Below are positions 56,518 through 64,000 of a DNA stretch of 64,000 nucleotides, one piece after another. Source of the stretch: an uncultured Vicinamibacteraceae bacterium (GTDB lineage Bacteria; Acidobacteriota; Vicinamibacteria; Vicinamibacterales; UBA8438); the NCBI GenBank assembly GCA_964550305.1, contig CAZJYU010000012.1, positions 6,240 to 70,239 on the forward strand, given 5' to 3'. A program made the translations under genes and the position numbers. Numbering within the stretch: position 1 is the first letter of the stretch; every line of letters begins with the position of its first letter. Below the pieces are notes generated by a model. It made no database searches. It was not told the DNA's origin and worked only from the letters and a program-made list of their open reading frames with translations.

Positions 56518-58500
56518 CTATTCCCGCAGAAACAGCGGGCGGGTGTCACGTTGATCGAAAAGACGGCGCATCGCCGCGGTATCGAGGGCGCCGTCGAGCG
56601 AGAAAAGCAGTTCCGGGTCGCGCCGCTCACGCGAGCGGGTGCTCTCGCGCCAGTCGGTCAGTGCCCGGACCGCGGCGGCAATCCGATCGTCGCGGTCACC
56701 CGTGAAGTCGTATGCGAACGATCCGTAGCCGGGCAGCGTCCGGAGCGAACGCGCCGCGATGTAACGAACCGTGTCGTAGGAATCCCCCAGTAGTTCGCCT
56801 AGATACGGCACCATCCAGCTGGTCCCGGACGCCTCTTGCGCGGGCTGCCAGCCGTAGCTCCAGGCGGCGAGCGCGCGCTGGCCGGCGTCGCCGCGCAGCA
56901 GCCAGAGAACCGACGCCGCGACGCTCCGTTCGTCTTCGTCCAGCGGGAGCGGCGTCTGCCCGTACCAGTCGCCGAGCGCGTCCGCCGTCCAGGCGAGCGT
57001 CCGGTCCAGGTGGCAGAGATTGCAGGCGTTGGGCCGTCCCACGTCGACCGTCTCGCGGACCGATGGACTGGTCACCGTATGGCTTCGGATTGCCCGCATG
57101 AGGCCGTACGACGTGTACGGCATGTGGCAGTTGTAGCAGCGGCTGCCTGCGTTGTCGGCCGCGTGAAAGGTGTGGGCTTCGATATCGGCGGCGATCGGGT
57201 CGTGGCACTGGGTGCAGGCGGCGTCACCCTCCATGCCGGCGGAAACCTGGTGCGTATCGGCCCAGGTGGCGACGCTGCGCGAATCCTCCGGAGTCTTGTG
57301 CATCGTGTGGCACGAAAAGCAGGTGAGCGTTCGCTCCGGCGCCGCCGCGTTGGCATAGCAGGGAGAATCGATCAGTCCGTTGTACTCTCGCCCCGATACG
57401 CGCACGAGGCCGTCGGGCCAGAACGAGCCGCGGACGAAGTCGGGATCGGAGGCAAGCAGCGCCCGCATGGTCGACGAGTCCCGGTCCGCCGTGGGCTGAG
57501 CCACGAAACGGGTATCCCGCAGATCGTCGCCCGGGCGGTACGGCAGGCCGTTCGCGGCTGCGGCCCGTTCGTCCGCAGTGTGACGGTATTCCCAGATGCT
57601 GTGGCACTGGCCGCAGACCTGTGACGAGCGTTGCGGATCCAATTGCGTAGGTTCGACGATCGTCGGGTCGGGCGCGCCGGCGGCGTGCAGCGCGTAGCGT
57701 CGCGCCGGGTTCCGGTTGGCAGCGATGTGCTCGGCCGCCGGCCCGTGACACGCTTCGCACGCTATGCCGAATTCCGCCACCGTCGTGTCGACCGCCTGGT
57801 CCGTGATCGGCTCGGATCGGTACGGCGTGTCGAATTGCGTCTTGCCATGCGTCGTGTGGCAGGCGATGCAGATGGCGTTCCAGTGGCCATCGAGCATCGC
57901 CACGCCCTGGTTCGGCGGAGAGAGAACAAGGGCGTTGCGCGGCGTCCACCGCTCCTCGTCAAGGAGGTAGGCGCCCGGCAGGACGTTCAGCGTCCGTTCG
58001 TGGCCGGTGGCGTACCAGTAGATGTGCTGGTGGTGCGACCCGGTGATCATCACGACCCGGCGGGTGATTCGCGGCCGCTCCCAGGGTGGCCCCTCCCAGC
58101 CCGGATCATCGAACTCCGCCCAGAACTCGTCGCCCCGCCGCTCGAGCTGCATCGGCTGGCCGGGCACGGCGTTCACGACAACGCCATCGAAGTCGGCGCG
58201 GACGGTTTCCGGCGTGGCCACCTGTGTCATCGTCCGGTGGAACGACCCGTACCAGGTGGCGTACTGGGACGGGTGGCAGGCCTGGCACGTTTCGGACGAG
58301 ACGTACCCATCCTCGGAGACGGCGATCGGACGGTTCGTAATTGACGCCTCCGGAACCAGTCGATCACGGGTCGCGGCGATGGTGATCCCGAGGGCGACGC
58401 TGCCGGCCAGTAACGCCGCAATCGGCATTACACCGGGTGTCGACGCGCGCGCCGGCCGCCGCGCCGGATGCCTGCGCCGGCGGTCGGACGGCCGGGCCAT
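56518..58500 (-). CDS. octaheme c-type cytochrome with a C-terminal HEAT-like repeat region
   Basis: Eight CxxCH motifs: CQACH, CIACH, CEACH, CGQCH, CFSCH, CTQCH, CYNCH and CNLCH. The start at 58500 has SD GGAGGAG. An alternative ATG lies at 58428. Confidence 0.85.
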   Translation of the reverse strand: MARPSDRRRRHPARRPARASTPGVMPIAALLAGSVALGITIAATRDRLVPEASITNRPIAVSEDGYVSSETCQACHPSQYATWYGSFHRTMTQVATPETVRADFDGVVVNAVPGQPMQLERRGDEFWAEFDDPGWEGPPWERPRITRRVVMITGSHHQHIYWYATGHERTLNVLPGAYLLDEERWTPRNALVLSPPNQGVAMLDGHWNAICIACHTTHGKTQFDTPYRSEPITDQAVDTTVAEFGIACEACHGPAAEHIAANRNPARRYALHAAGAPDPTIVEPTQLDPQRSSQVCGQCHSIWEYRHTADERAAAANGLPYRPGDDLRDTRFVAQPTADRDSSTMRALLASDPDFVRGSFWPDGLVRVSGREYNGLIDSPCYANAAAPERTLTCFSCHTMHKTPEDSRSVATWADTHQVSAGMEGDAACTQCHDPIAADIEAHTFHAADNAGSRCYNCHMPYTSYGLMRAIRSHTVTSPSVRETVDVGRPNACNLCHLDRTLAWTADALGDWYGQTPLPLDEDERSVAASVLWLLRGDAGQRALAAWSYGWQPAQEASGTSWMVPYLGELLGDSYDTVRYIAARSLRTLPGYGSFAYDFTGDRDDRIAAAVRALTDWRESTRSRERRDPELLFSLDGALDTAAMRRLFDQRDTRPLFLRE

Positions 58501-58527
58501 GCGGCGTTATCTCCTCCGCGCCACGAC

Positions 58528-59169
58528 CTAGTCGATCGCGAAGCAGTAGAAGAAGCCGTTCCCGCCAGTACCCTGGAGGTCGGCCTGGCCACAGCCGCGC
58601 GACCCGTGCGCCGTGCTCCAGTGGCTCGGGTTGGCGCCGCCGCCGGTCCGGTCGTGGTGTCCCACCAGCGCACTACCGTCGTTGGCGTTGCTCGTCCAGT
58701 TGCTGCAGGTGGTGTCGCCTTCACCTTCCCAGGCGGTGCCGTCGAGCTGCGTCCCGGTCAGGATGTCGTGCATGTTCGGGTCGTCGCCGCGGCCATTGAC
58801 GATCCGCCCGCCCTCGGTGAGCTGAGTCTCCTTCGTCAGGTTGTTGTCGCCGAGCAGGTTGTCGACACTGGAGGCAACCTCGACGCCGTTGTAGTTGTAC
58901 CAGGGGCCGGAGCCGATCCGGTCGCGCGCGTTCTGGCCGGTCGGACCGGTCGTGCTCAAGTAGGCGCGCCAGGTCTTGCCCCCGGCGCCCGCCGCGCTCG
59001 CCAGCCTCTGGCAATGCGCGTCGGCCCCTTCGAGGCCGTCCAGGTTGGCGCCGTCCCCGGGGCCGGCGCTCGTGATGAAGAAGCTCATGTTGGCCGACTG
59101 CGCGGAGGCGGGGACCGCCGTGGCCGCGGCAACCAGCAGGGCAACGCCGAACGCAATGATCCGTGTCAT
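58528..59169 (-). CDS. secreted Cys-containing protein (resembles the DUF1554-type 'FF-x-TS...GAD-x-x-C...W-x-A-x-LS...YCF' family; from memory, unverified)
   Basis: Signal peptide 'AAATAVPASAQ', 'MSFFITSAG..LEGADAHCQRLA..KTWRAYLS', 'CSNWTS' and a C-terminal 'FFYCFAID'. Strong SD AGGAGGA before the ATG at 59169. Confidence 0.5.
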   Translation of the reverse strand: MTRIIAFGVALLVAAATAVPASAQSANMSFFITSAGPGDGANLDGLEGADAHCQRLASAAGAGGKTWRAYLSTTGPTGQNARDRIGSGPWYNYNGVEVASSVDNLLGDNNLTKETQLTEGGRIVNGRGDDPNMHDILTGTQLDGTAWEGEGDTTCSNWTSNANDGSALVGHHDRTGGGANPSHWSTAHGSRGCGQADLQGTGGNGFFYCFAID

Positions 59170-59308
59170 GGTGGATCCTCCTGTGCACGACGAACCTGGC
59201 CAGTCTACAACACCCCGGCGCGCCGCTTGAGTGCGCCGGAAGTGCAGGTGCACCGGCCCCGGGCCGGCGCCCTTCTCCCTCGGCGCGCGCGACACCCGGC
59301 GCATCCTT

Positions 59309-59314
59309 TACCAT
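59309..59314 (+). promoter_or_regulatory. -10-like TACCAT, 6 nt upstream of the GTG at 59321
   Basis: TACCAT-TTGCAT-GTG. Confidence 0.25.
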
Positions 59315-59320
59315 TTGCAT

Positions 59321-59953
59321 GTGCCACGAATCCCGGTGGCTGCCGTGTCGGCCGTTCTTGCCCTCGCCTGCGCCGGCGGCGCGGCCGGACAGGATCCGCG
59401 CGCCCTGCTCGATCAGGCAATGGACGATTTTGCGGCGGGCCGTCTCGAGGCGGCGGCGGATGGCTTCGACCAGGTGGCGGCTCTGGTCCCCGGCGCCGCG
59501 CCCCAGCTCTGGCAGCGGGGCATCGCCCTCTACTACGTCGGCCGCTACCGGGACTGCCGGGAGCAGTTCGAGTCGCACCGGCTCGTCAACCCGAACGATG
59601 TCGAGAACGCCGCCTGGCACTTTCTGTGCGTCGCGCGGGGCGAGTCCCCCGAAGCCGCGCGAGCCGCGCTGCTACCGGTAGGACCGGACGGGCGCGCGCC
59701 GATGCCGGAGATCTACGAGATGTTTCGGGGGGAGCGGACCCCGGAGCAGGTGATGGCGGACGGCGAGCGGCAGGCGGCGCGCCGGGGCGCGAGCGCCCGC
59801 TTCTATGCCCACCTGTATGTGGGTTTGTATCACGAGGCGCTCGGGAACGACGCGGCGGCGCGCGAGCACCTCACGGCCGCCGCCGGCGACGAGTTCGGCG
59901 GCGGCTACATGCAGATGGTGGCGCGCGTGCATGTCGACTGGCTCGACCGCTAG
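59321..59953 (+). CDS. TPR-like lipoprotein (NlpI-like)
   Basis: Lipobox 'LALACAG'. 'AAWHFLCVARGESPEAAR' and 'ARFYAHLYVGLYHEALGNDAAAREHL' resemble the C-terminal half of NlpI. I chose the GTG start inside listed ORF 59231..59953. Confidence 0.5.
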   Translation: MPRIPVAAVSAVLALACAGGAAGQDPRALLDQAMDDFAAGRLEAAADGFDQVAALVPGAAPQLWQRGIALYYVGRYRDCREQFESHRLVNPNDVENAAWHFLCVARGESPEAARAALLPVGPDGRAPMPEIYEMFRGERTPEQVMADGERQAARRGASARFYAHLYVGLYHEALGNDAAAREHLTAAAGDEFGGGYMQMVARVHVDWLDR

Positions 59954-60047
59954 AAGTCGCGATACGGCTCCAAGCCCCACCCGTTTTCGTGCTAGTGTGC
60001 GACAGGCAGCAGGACCGGGCGGAACCAGTTAGACGGGAGGACACGAC

Positions 60048-62207
60048 ATGCCCAACAACAGCTTCTGGCGGTGGGCGCTGACGGCGGCCGGCTGCGCGGC
60101 GCTGGCGGCGGCCGCGTGCGGCCCCGCGATGGAACAGGCGTCGCCGGTGGACGATGACGACATCAGCGGTGCGGTGACCGGTCCGAACGGTCCGGAGGCG
60201 GGCGTCTGGGTGATCGCCGAGACCATGGACCTGCCGACCCGCTTCAGCAGGATCGTCGTCACCAACGACGCCGGACAGTACCTCATACCCGATCTCCCAT
60301 CGGCAACCTACGACGTGTGGGTCCGCGGCTACGGCCTGGTCGACTCCGAAAAGGTATCGGCCCAGCCGGGCGACATGCTCGACCTGACGGCGGTCGTTGC
60401 TCCCGACGAGGCGGCGGCGGCTCAGTATTACCCTGCCGGGCACTGGCTCTCGCTCATCGAGGTGCCGGGTACCGATCAGTTCCCGGGGACGGGACCGGAC
60501 GGTAACGGCATATCGCCCAACGTGGGAAGCCAGGCAGAGTGGCTCCGCATGGTGAAGTCGGGCGGCTGCACCGCCTGCCACTCGCTGGGGAACCTCGCCA
60601 CCCGCGAGATTCCGCCGCAACTCGGAGACTTCGACTCGTTCGTCGACGCCTGGGACCGTCGGATTCAGTCCGGGCAGGCGGGCGGCTCCATGTCGAACGG
60701 CCTCGATCGGATGGGTCGTCGCGCGGCGCTGGAGATGTTCGCGGACTGGACCGATCGGATCATGACGGGTGAGCTGCCCGAGGCGCCGGCCCGGCCTCAA
60801 GGGATCGAGCGGAACGTCGTCGTCACGCAGTGGGACTGGGCCGATCCCAAGGCGTACCTCCATGATGAGATCTCGACCGACAAGCGAGATCCGACCGTCA
60901 ACGCGTACGGGCCGATCTACGGCGCCCTCGAGGCGAGCGCCGACTACGTGCCGGTGCTCGACCCGGTGAGCCATTCCATCGACCAGATCCCGGTGCCGGT
61001 GCGCGACCCCGACACACCGGTCGCGGCCGGACCGCCGCTGATGCCGTCACCCTACTGGGGCGACGAGGCGATCTGGACCAGCCAGTCGAACGTCCACAAC
61101 CCGATGCTCGATCAGGACGGCCGCGTGTGGCTCACCTCGCGGGTCCGCGGTCCGCAGAACCCGCCGATGTGCCTGGAGGGATCCGACCACCCGTCGGCGC
61201 GCGCCTTCCCGGTGGAGCGGGCCGGCCGGCATCTCGCGGTATGGGATCCGGCGACCGAAGAAATGACGCTGATCGGTACCTGCTTCAGTACGCACCATCT
61301 GGTCTTCGCCGAGGACGAGAACAACACGTTGTGGACCAGCGGCGGCGGGCAGGTGATCGGCTGGCTCGACACCAATCAGTTCCTCGCGACCGGCGACGAA
61401 GAAGCGTCGCAGGGTTGGACGGCGCTCGTTCTGGACACGAACGGCAACGGCCAGCGCGACGCCTACACCGAGCCGGACGAGCCGATCGATCCGACGATGG
61501 ATCATCGGGTGACGAGTGGGTTCTACGGCGTCGCGGTGAATCCGGTCGACGGCACGATCTGGGGCTCGTCACTCGGTTTCCCGGGTGCGGTCCTGCGCCT
61601 CGAGCTGGGCGACAATCCGTCCGAGACGGCGCTCACCGAGGTCTTCGAGGTGCCGTGGGGTAACCCGGCGGCGCCGGTGCAGGGCTATTCGCCCCGGGGC
61701 ATGGACATCGATCGCAACGGCGTCGTCTGGACGCCCCTCGCAAGCGGTCACATGGCGAGCTTCGACCGGTCGCTGTGCACCGGCCCGCTGAACGGTCCGG
61801 AGGCGACGGGCCAGCACTGCCCGGAGGGCTGGACGCTCTACGAGGAGCCGCTGCCGCAGCTCAAGGGGGTGGCCGAATCGGGAAGCGCGGAGGGGAGCTA
61901 CTACACCTGGGTCGATCAGTTCGACACCCTCGGCCTGGGCGACAACGTGCCGATCAACACCGGAAACGCCTCCGAGGGGTTGCTGGCGCTCGTCGACGGG
62001 GAATGGGTGATCCTGCGGGTTCCGTATCCGCTCGGCTTCTACACCAAGTGGATGGACGGCCGGATCGACGATCCCGAGGGCGGTTGGAAGGGACGCGGCG
62101 TATGGGCCACCTACGGCACCCGGGCGCCGTTCCACACCGAAACCGGCATGGGCACCCCCAGCAAGGTGGTCCAGTTCCAGGTCCGGCCGGATCCCCTGGC
62201 GAACTAG
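60048..62207 (+). CDS. lipoprotein: CarboxypepD_reg-like domain + mono-heme c motif + large beta-propeller-like domain
   Basis: Lipobox 'AAAACG', 'ISGAVTGPNGPEAGVWVIAE...TYDVWVRGYG', heme motif 'CTACH', and a long beta-rich C-terminus. SD GGGAGGA. Confidence 0.6.
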   Translation: MPNNSFWRWALTAAGCAALAAAACGPAMEQASPVDDDDISGAVTGPNGPEAGVWVIAETMDLPTRFSRIVVTNDAGQYLIPDLPSATYDVWVRGYGLVDSEKVSAQPGDMLDLTAVVAPDEAAAAQYYPAGHWLSLIEVPGTDQFPGTGPDGNGISPNVGSQAEWLRMVKSGGCTACHSLGNLATREIPPQLGDFDSFVDAWDRRIQSGQAGGSMSNGLDRMGRRAALEMFADWTDRIMTGELPEAPARPQGIERNVVVTQWDWADPKAYLHDEISTDKRDPTVNAYGPIYGALEASADYVPVLDPVSHSIDQIPVPVRDPDTPVAAGPPLMPSPYWGDEAIWTSQSNVHNPMLDQDGRVWLTSRVRGPQNPPMCLEGSDHPSARAFPVERAGRHLAVWDPATEEMTLIGTCFSTHHLVFAEDENNTLWTSGGGQVIGWLDTNQFLATGDEEASQGWTALVLDTNGNGQRDAYTEPDEPIDPTMDHRVTSGFYGVAVNPVDGTIWGSSLGFPGAVLRLELGDNPSETALTEVFEVPWGNPAAPVQGYSPRGMDIDRNGVVWTPLASGHMASFDRSLCTGPLNGPEATGQHCPEGWTLYEEPLPQLKGVAESGSAEGSYYTWVDQFDTLGLGDNVPINTGNASEGLLALVDGEWVILRVPYPLGFYTKWMDGRIDDPEGGWKGRGVWATYGTRAPFHTETGMGTPSKVVQFQVRPDPLAN

Positions 62208-62246
62208 CGCGCCGTTACGGACGCGCGTAACAGGCTTCCGGAGGGA

Positions 62247-62272
62247 GGGGGTCGGCCCAGCGGCCGGCCCCC
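62247..62272 (+). terminator. GC-rich hairpin (11-bp stem, 4-nt loop) between the 60048 gene and the next gene; no U-tract
   Basis: GGGGGTCGGCC-cagc-GGCCGGCCCCC with one G-U pair. It lies 40 nt after the stop at 62207 and 20 nt before the ATG at 62292. Confidence 0.3.
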
Positions 62273-62291
62273 GTTCCGTGAGGAGACACGC

Positions 62292-64000
62292 ATGACGGCC
62301 AGCAAGCTGATCGCCGTGAGAGGCGCGCTCTGCGCGTGCCTCGTCGTCGCCGTCGCCCTTCCCGCCGCGGCTGAGGTCATCCGCTTCGACATCCTCTCGC
62401 GCGAACCCGTCGAGGCAGTTTCCGGTCAGGTCGGCCCCTACGAGCGTCTCCGCGGTCGCGTCGTCTATGCCCTCGACCCGGAGCTGCCAGCCAACCAGGC
62501 GGTGATTGACCTTGGCCTCGCGGCCGATAACGGCGAAGGCCGCGTCGAGCTGTACGGCGATGTCGAGATACTCGCGCCGCGCGACCTCTCGCTCGCGCAG
62601 CCGACCCTTCTCTACGACATCAACAACCGGGGCCGCCGCCTCTGGGGTGACCAGCCGTTCTTCCGTCAGCACGGCTACGTTGTCGTGTGGAGCGGCTGGA
62701 TCGCGCAGGTCCGTCCCGACCCGGAGCTGCTCCGGCTGGAGGCGCCGGTCGCGCTGGACGAGGACGGCGTTCCCGTCAGCGGCACGGTTCGCGCGGAGAT
62801 GATCGCGGAGGCGGCGACGGAGCGGCTGACGATCTCGGACCGGGGCCAGCTCGCCTTCGAACCGGTGGCCAGCGCGCTACCGGACGCCACGCTGACCCGG
62901 CGGCCGCGCGAACGTGACGCCCCGGAAATGCTCCCGCGCGACGCGTGGGAGTTCATCCTGACGCGCGGCCCGCAAGACGAGGGCAGCGGCCTCATCGAAG
63001 CGGATCTCCGCCTGGACGGCGGGTTTGAGCCAGGCGTGATCTACGAGCTGATCTACCAGGCTTTCGGTTCCGTCGTGCAGGGCGCCGGTTTCGCCGCGAT
63101 CCGCGACGTGGTTTCGTTCCTTCGCTACGACGACTCCGCGTCCAACCCGCTGCGGGGCGCAGACGGGCGGCCGATCGCACGCCACGTCATCGGCGAGGGG
63201 CGCTCGCAGAGCGGCCGCGCGCTCCGGATGTTCCTGTACGAGGGTTTCAATGCCGACGAGGCGGGACGCATCGTCTTCGACGGCGTGATGCCGGTCATCT
63301 CGGGTGGCGGGCAGGGCTTTTTCAACCACCGGTTCGCCTCCCCGACCCGGACCGCCACCGCGCACAGCGGGCATCTCTACCCGGTCGACGTCTTCCCGTT
63401 TACCTACGGCGAGGAAACCGACCCGTTCACCGGCCGGACCGACAGCATCCTGGGCCGGGCACGCGCCGCCGGCGTGGCGCCGAAGGTGATGCATCTCGAC
63501 ACCAGTTCCGAGCACTGGCACCGGAGCGCGTCACTGGTACTGACCGATCCGTCGGGTGACCGCGACACCGAGATCCCGGACGACGTGCGCATCTACGTCT
63601 TCGGCGGCTCGCAGCACGGGCCGGCGCGCGGGCCGTCCGATCGGGGGCAGCTGGCGCCCAACCCGAACGTCTACGAGCCCTTTCTCCAAACCCTCTTTCT
63701 CGCGATGGACCGCTGGGTAACCGACGGTACGCCGCCGCCGCCGGGTGTGCATCCGCGCATCGCCGACGGGACGCTCGTTGACTGGCAGGAGGACAAGGCA
63801 GGATGGCAGGCGCTGCCGGGCGTCCGCTACCCGACATCGATTCAACAGCCGGACGTTCTCGACTACGGCGAGGCGTTCGCGACCGAGCGTCGCATCGACC
63901 ACCACCCGCCGCTCCGCCGGGGCGATCGCTATGGCGTCCGTGTCCCGGCCCTCGACGATGACAACAACGAGCTCGGAGTGCTCAGGATGCCGGCAGTCGC
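62292..64000 (+). CDS. secreted alpha/beta-hydrolase-domain protein (3'-partial; runs off the window)
   Basis: This open frame is absent from the ORF track because it has no stop in the window. It begins 'MTASKLIAVRGALCACLVVAVALPAAAEVIRFDI' and contains 'HVIGEGRSQSGRALRMFLYEGFN' (G-x-S-x-G-like 'GRSQSG'). SD GAGGAG lies upstream. Confidence 0.6.
   Translation, partial: MTASKLIAVRGALCACLVVAVALPAAAEVIRFDILSREPVEAVSGQVGPYERLRGRVVYALDPELPANQAVIDLGLAADNGEGRVELYGDVEILAPRDLSLAQPTLLYDINNRGRRLWGDQPFFRQHGYVVVWSGWIAQVRPDPELLRLEAPVALDEDGVPVSGTVRAEMIAEAATERLTISDRGQLAFEPVASALPDATLTRRPRERDAPEMLPRDAWEFILTRGPQDEGSGLIEADLRLDGGFEPGVIYELIYQAFGSVVQGAGFAAIRDVVSFLRYDDSASNPLRGADGRPIARHVIGEGRSQSGRALRMFLYEGFNADEAGRIVFDGVMPVISGGGQGFFNHRFASPTRTATAHSGHLYPVDVFPFTYGEETDPFTGRTDSILGRARAAGVAPKVMHLDTSSEHWHRSASLVLTDPSGDRDTEIPDDVRIYVFGGSQHGPARGPSDRGQLAPNPNVYEPFLQTLFLAMDRWVTDGTPPPPGVHPRIADGTLVDWQEDKAGWQALPGVRYPTSIQQPDVLDYGEAFATERRIDHHPPLRRGDRYGVRVPALDDDNNELGVLRMPAV

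Noticed and set aside
58429-58500. Twin-arginine (Tat) signal in the Arg-rich N-terminus of the octaheme cytochrome.
   Set aside because: There is no S/T-R-R-x-F-L-K pattern, and c-type cytochromes are matured after Sec export. The Arg run is more likely a positively charged n-region, or the real start is the ATG at 58428.

Overview
This is a 64-kb, roughly 70% GC (by eye) chromosomal segment from a diderm bacterium. Evidence for the diderm envelope is lpxD, a GT9 heptosyltransferase and several outer-membrane beta-barrel genes. Gene content is reminiscent of Gemmatimonadota or Acidobacteriota, but that cannot be established here. I call 54 protein-coding genes (one 3'-partial), one truncated gene remnant, one RNase P RNA, a few repeats and a set of promoter-like elements. 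I saw no rRNA, tRNA, CRISPR array, transposase or integrase. Most long ORFs in the six-frame track are Arg/Ala/Gly/Pro-rich shadow frames caused by the high GC. Several listed ORFs are N-terminally over-extended, and I trimmed those to plausible starts.

The window falls into five zones.
1. 0-2.7 kb is housekeeping (aroA, suhB).
2. 2.7-32.5 kb is a large cell-envelope glycan locus. It holds DedA, a GT2 and a GT-C polyprenol-linked glycosylation set. It also holds three GT4, four SAM methyltransferase-type genes, AsnB, a GlpD-like oxidoreductase, an MprF-like flippase-domain protein, an MBOAT/AlgJ/AlgX-type O-acetylation module and paralogous OM barrels.
3. 32.5-42.9 kb is housekeeping (ttcA, dtd, dapF, radC, larC, metG, tatD, polyprenyl synthase, ligA).
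4. 42.9-44.7 kb is a lower-GC segment. It contains the 3' end of ligA with a tandemly duplicated HhH module, plus a truncated DnaQ-like exonuclease gene.
5. 44.7-64 kb holds a sigma-54 activator, rnpB, LPS genes and a cluster of secreted heme-c and copper proteins.

The observations most worth follow-up are:
- the heme c / PHM-like copper monooxygenase fusion and its redox neighbourhood;
- the low-GC ligA segment;
- the low-GC repeat-bearing regulatory region with a sigma-54-like promoter;
- a recurrent arrangement of -10-like hexamers 6-10 nt upstream of start codons, which implies leaderless transcription.

All calls rest on reading translated ORFs and the nucleotides by eye. No searches or computations were run.
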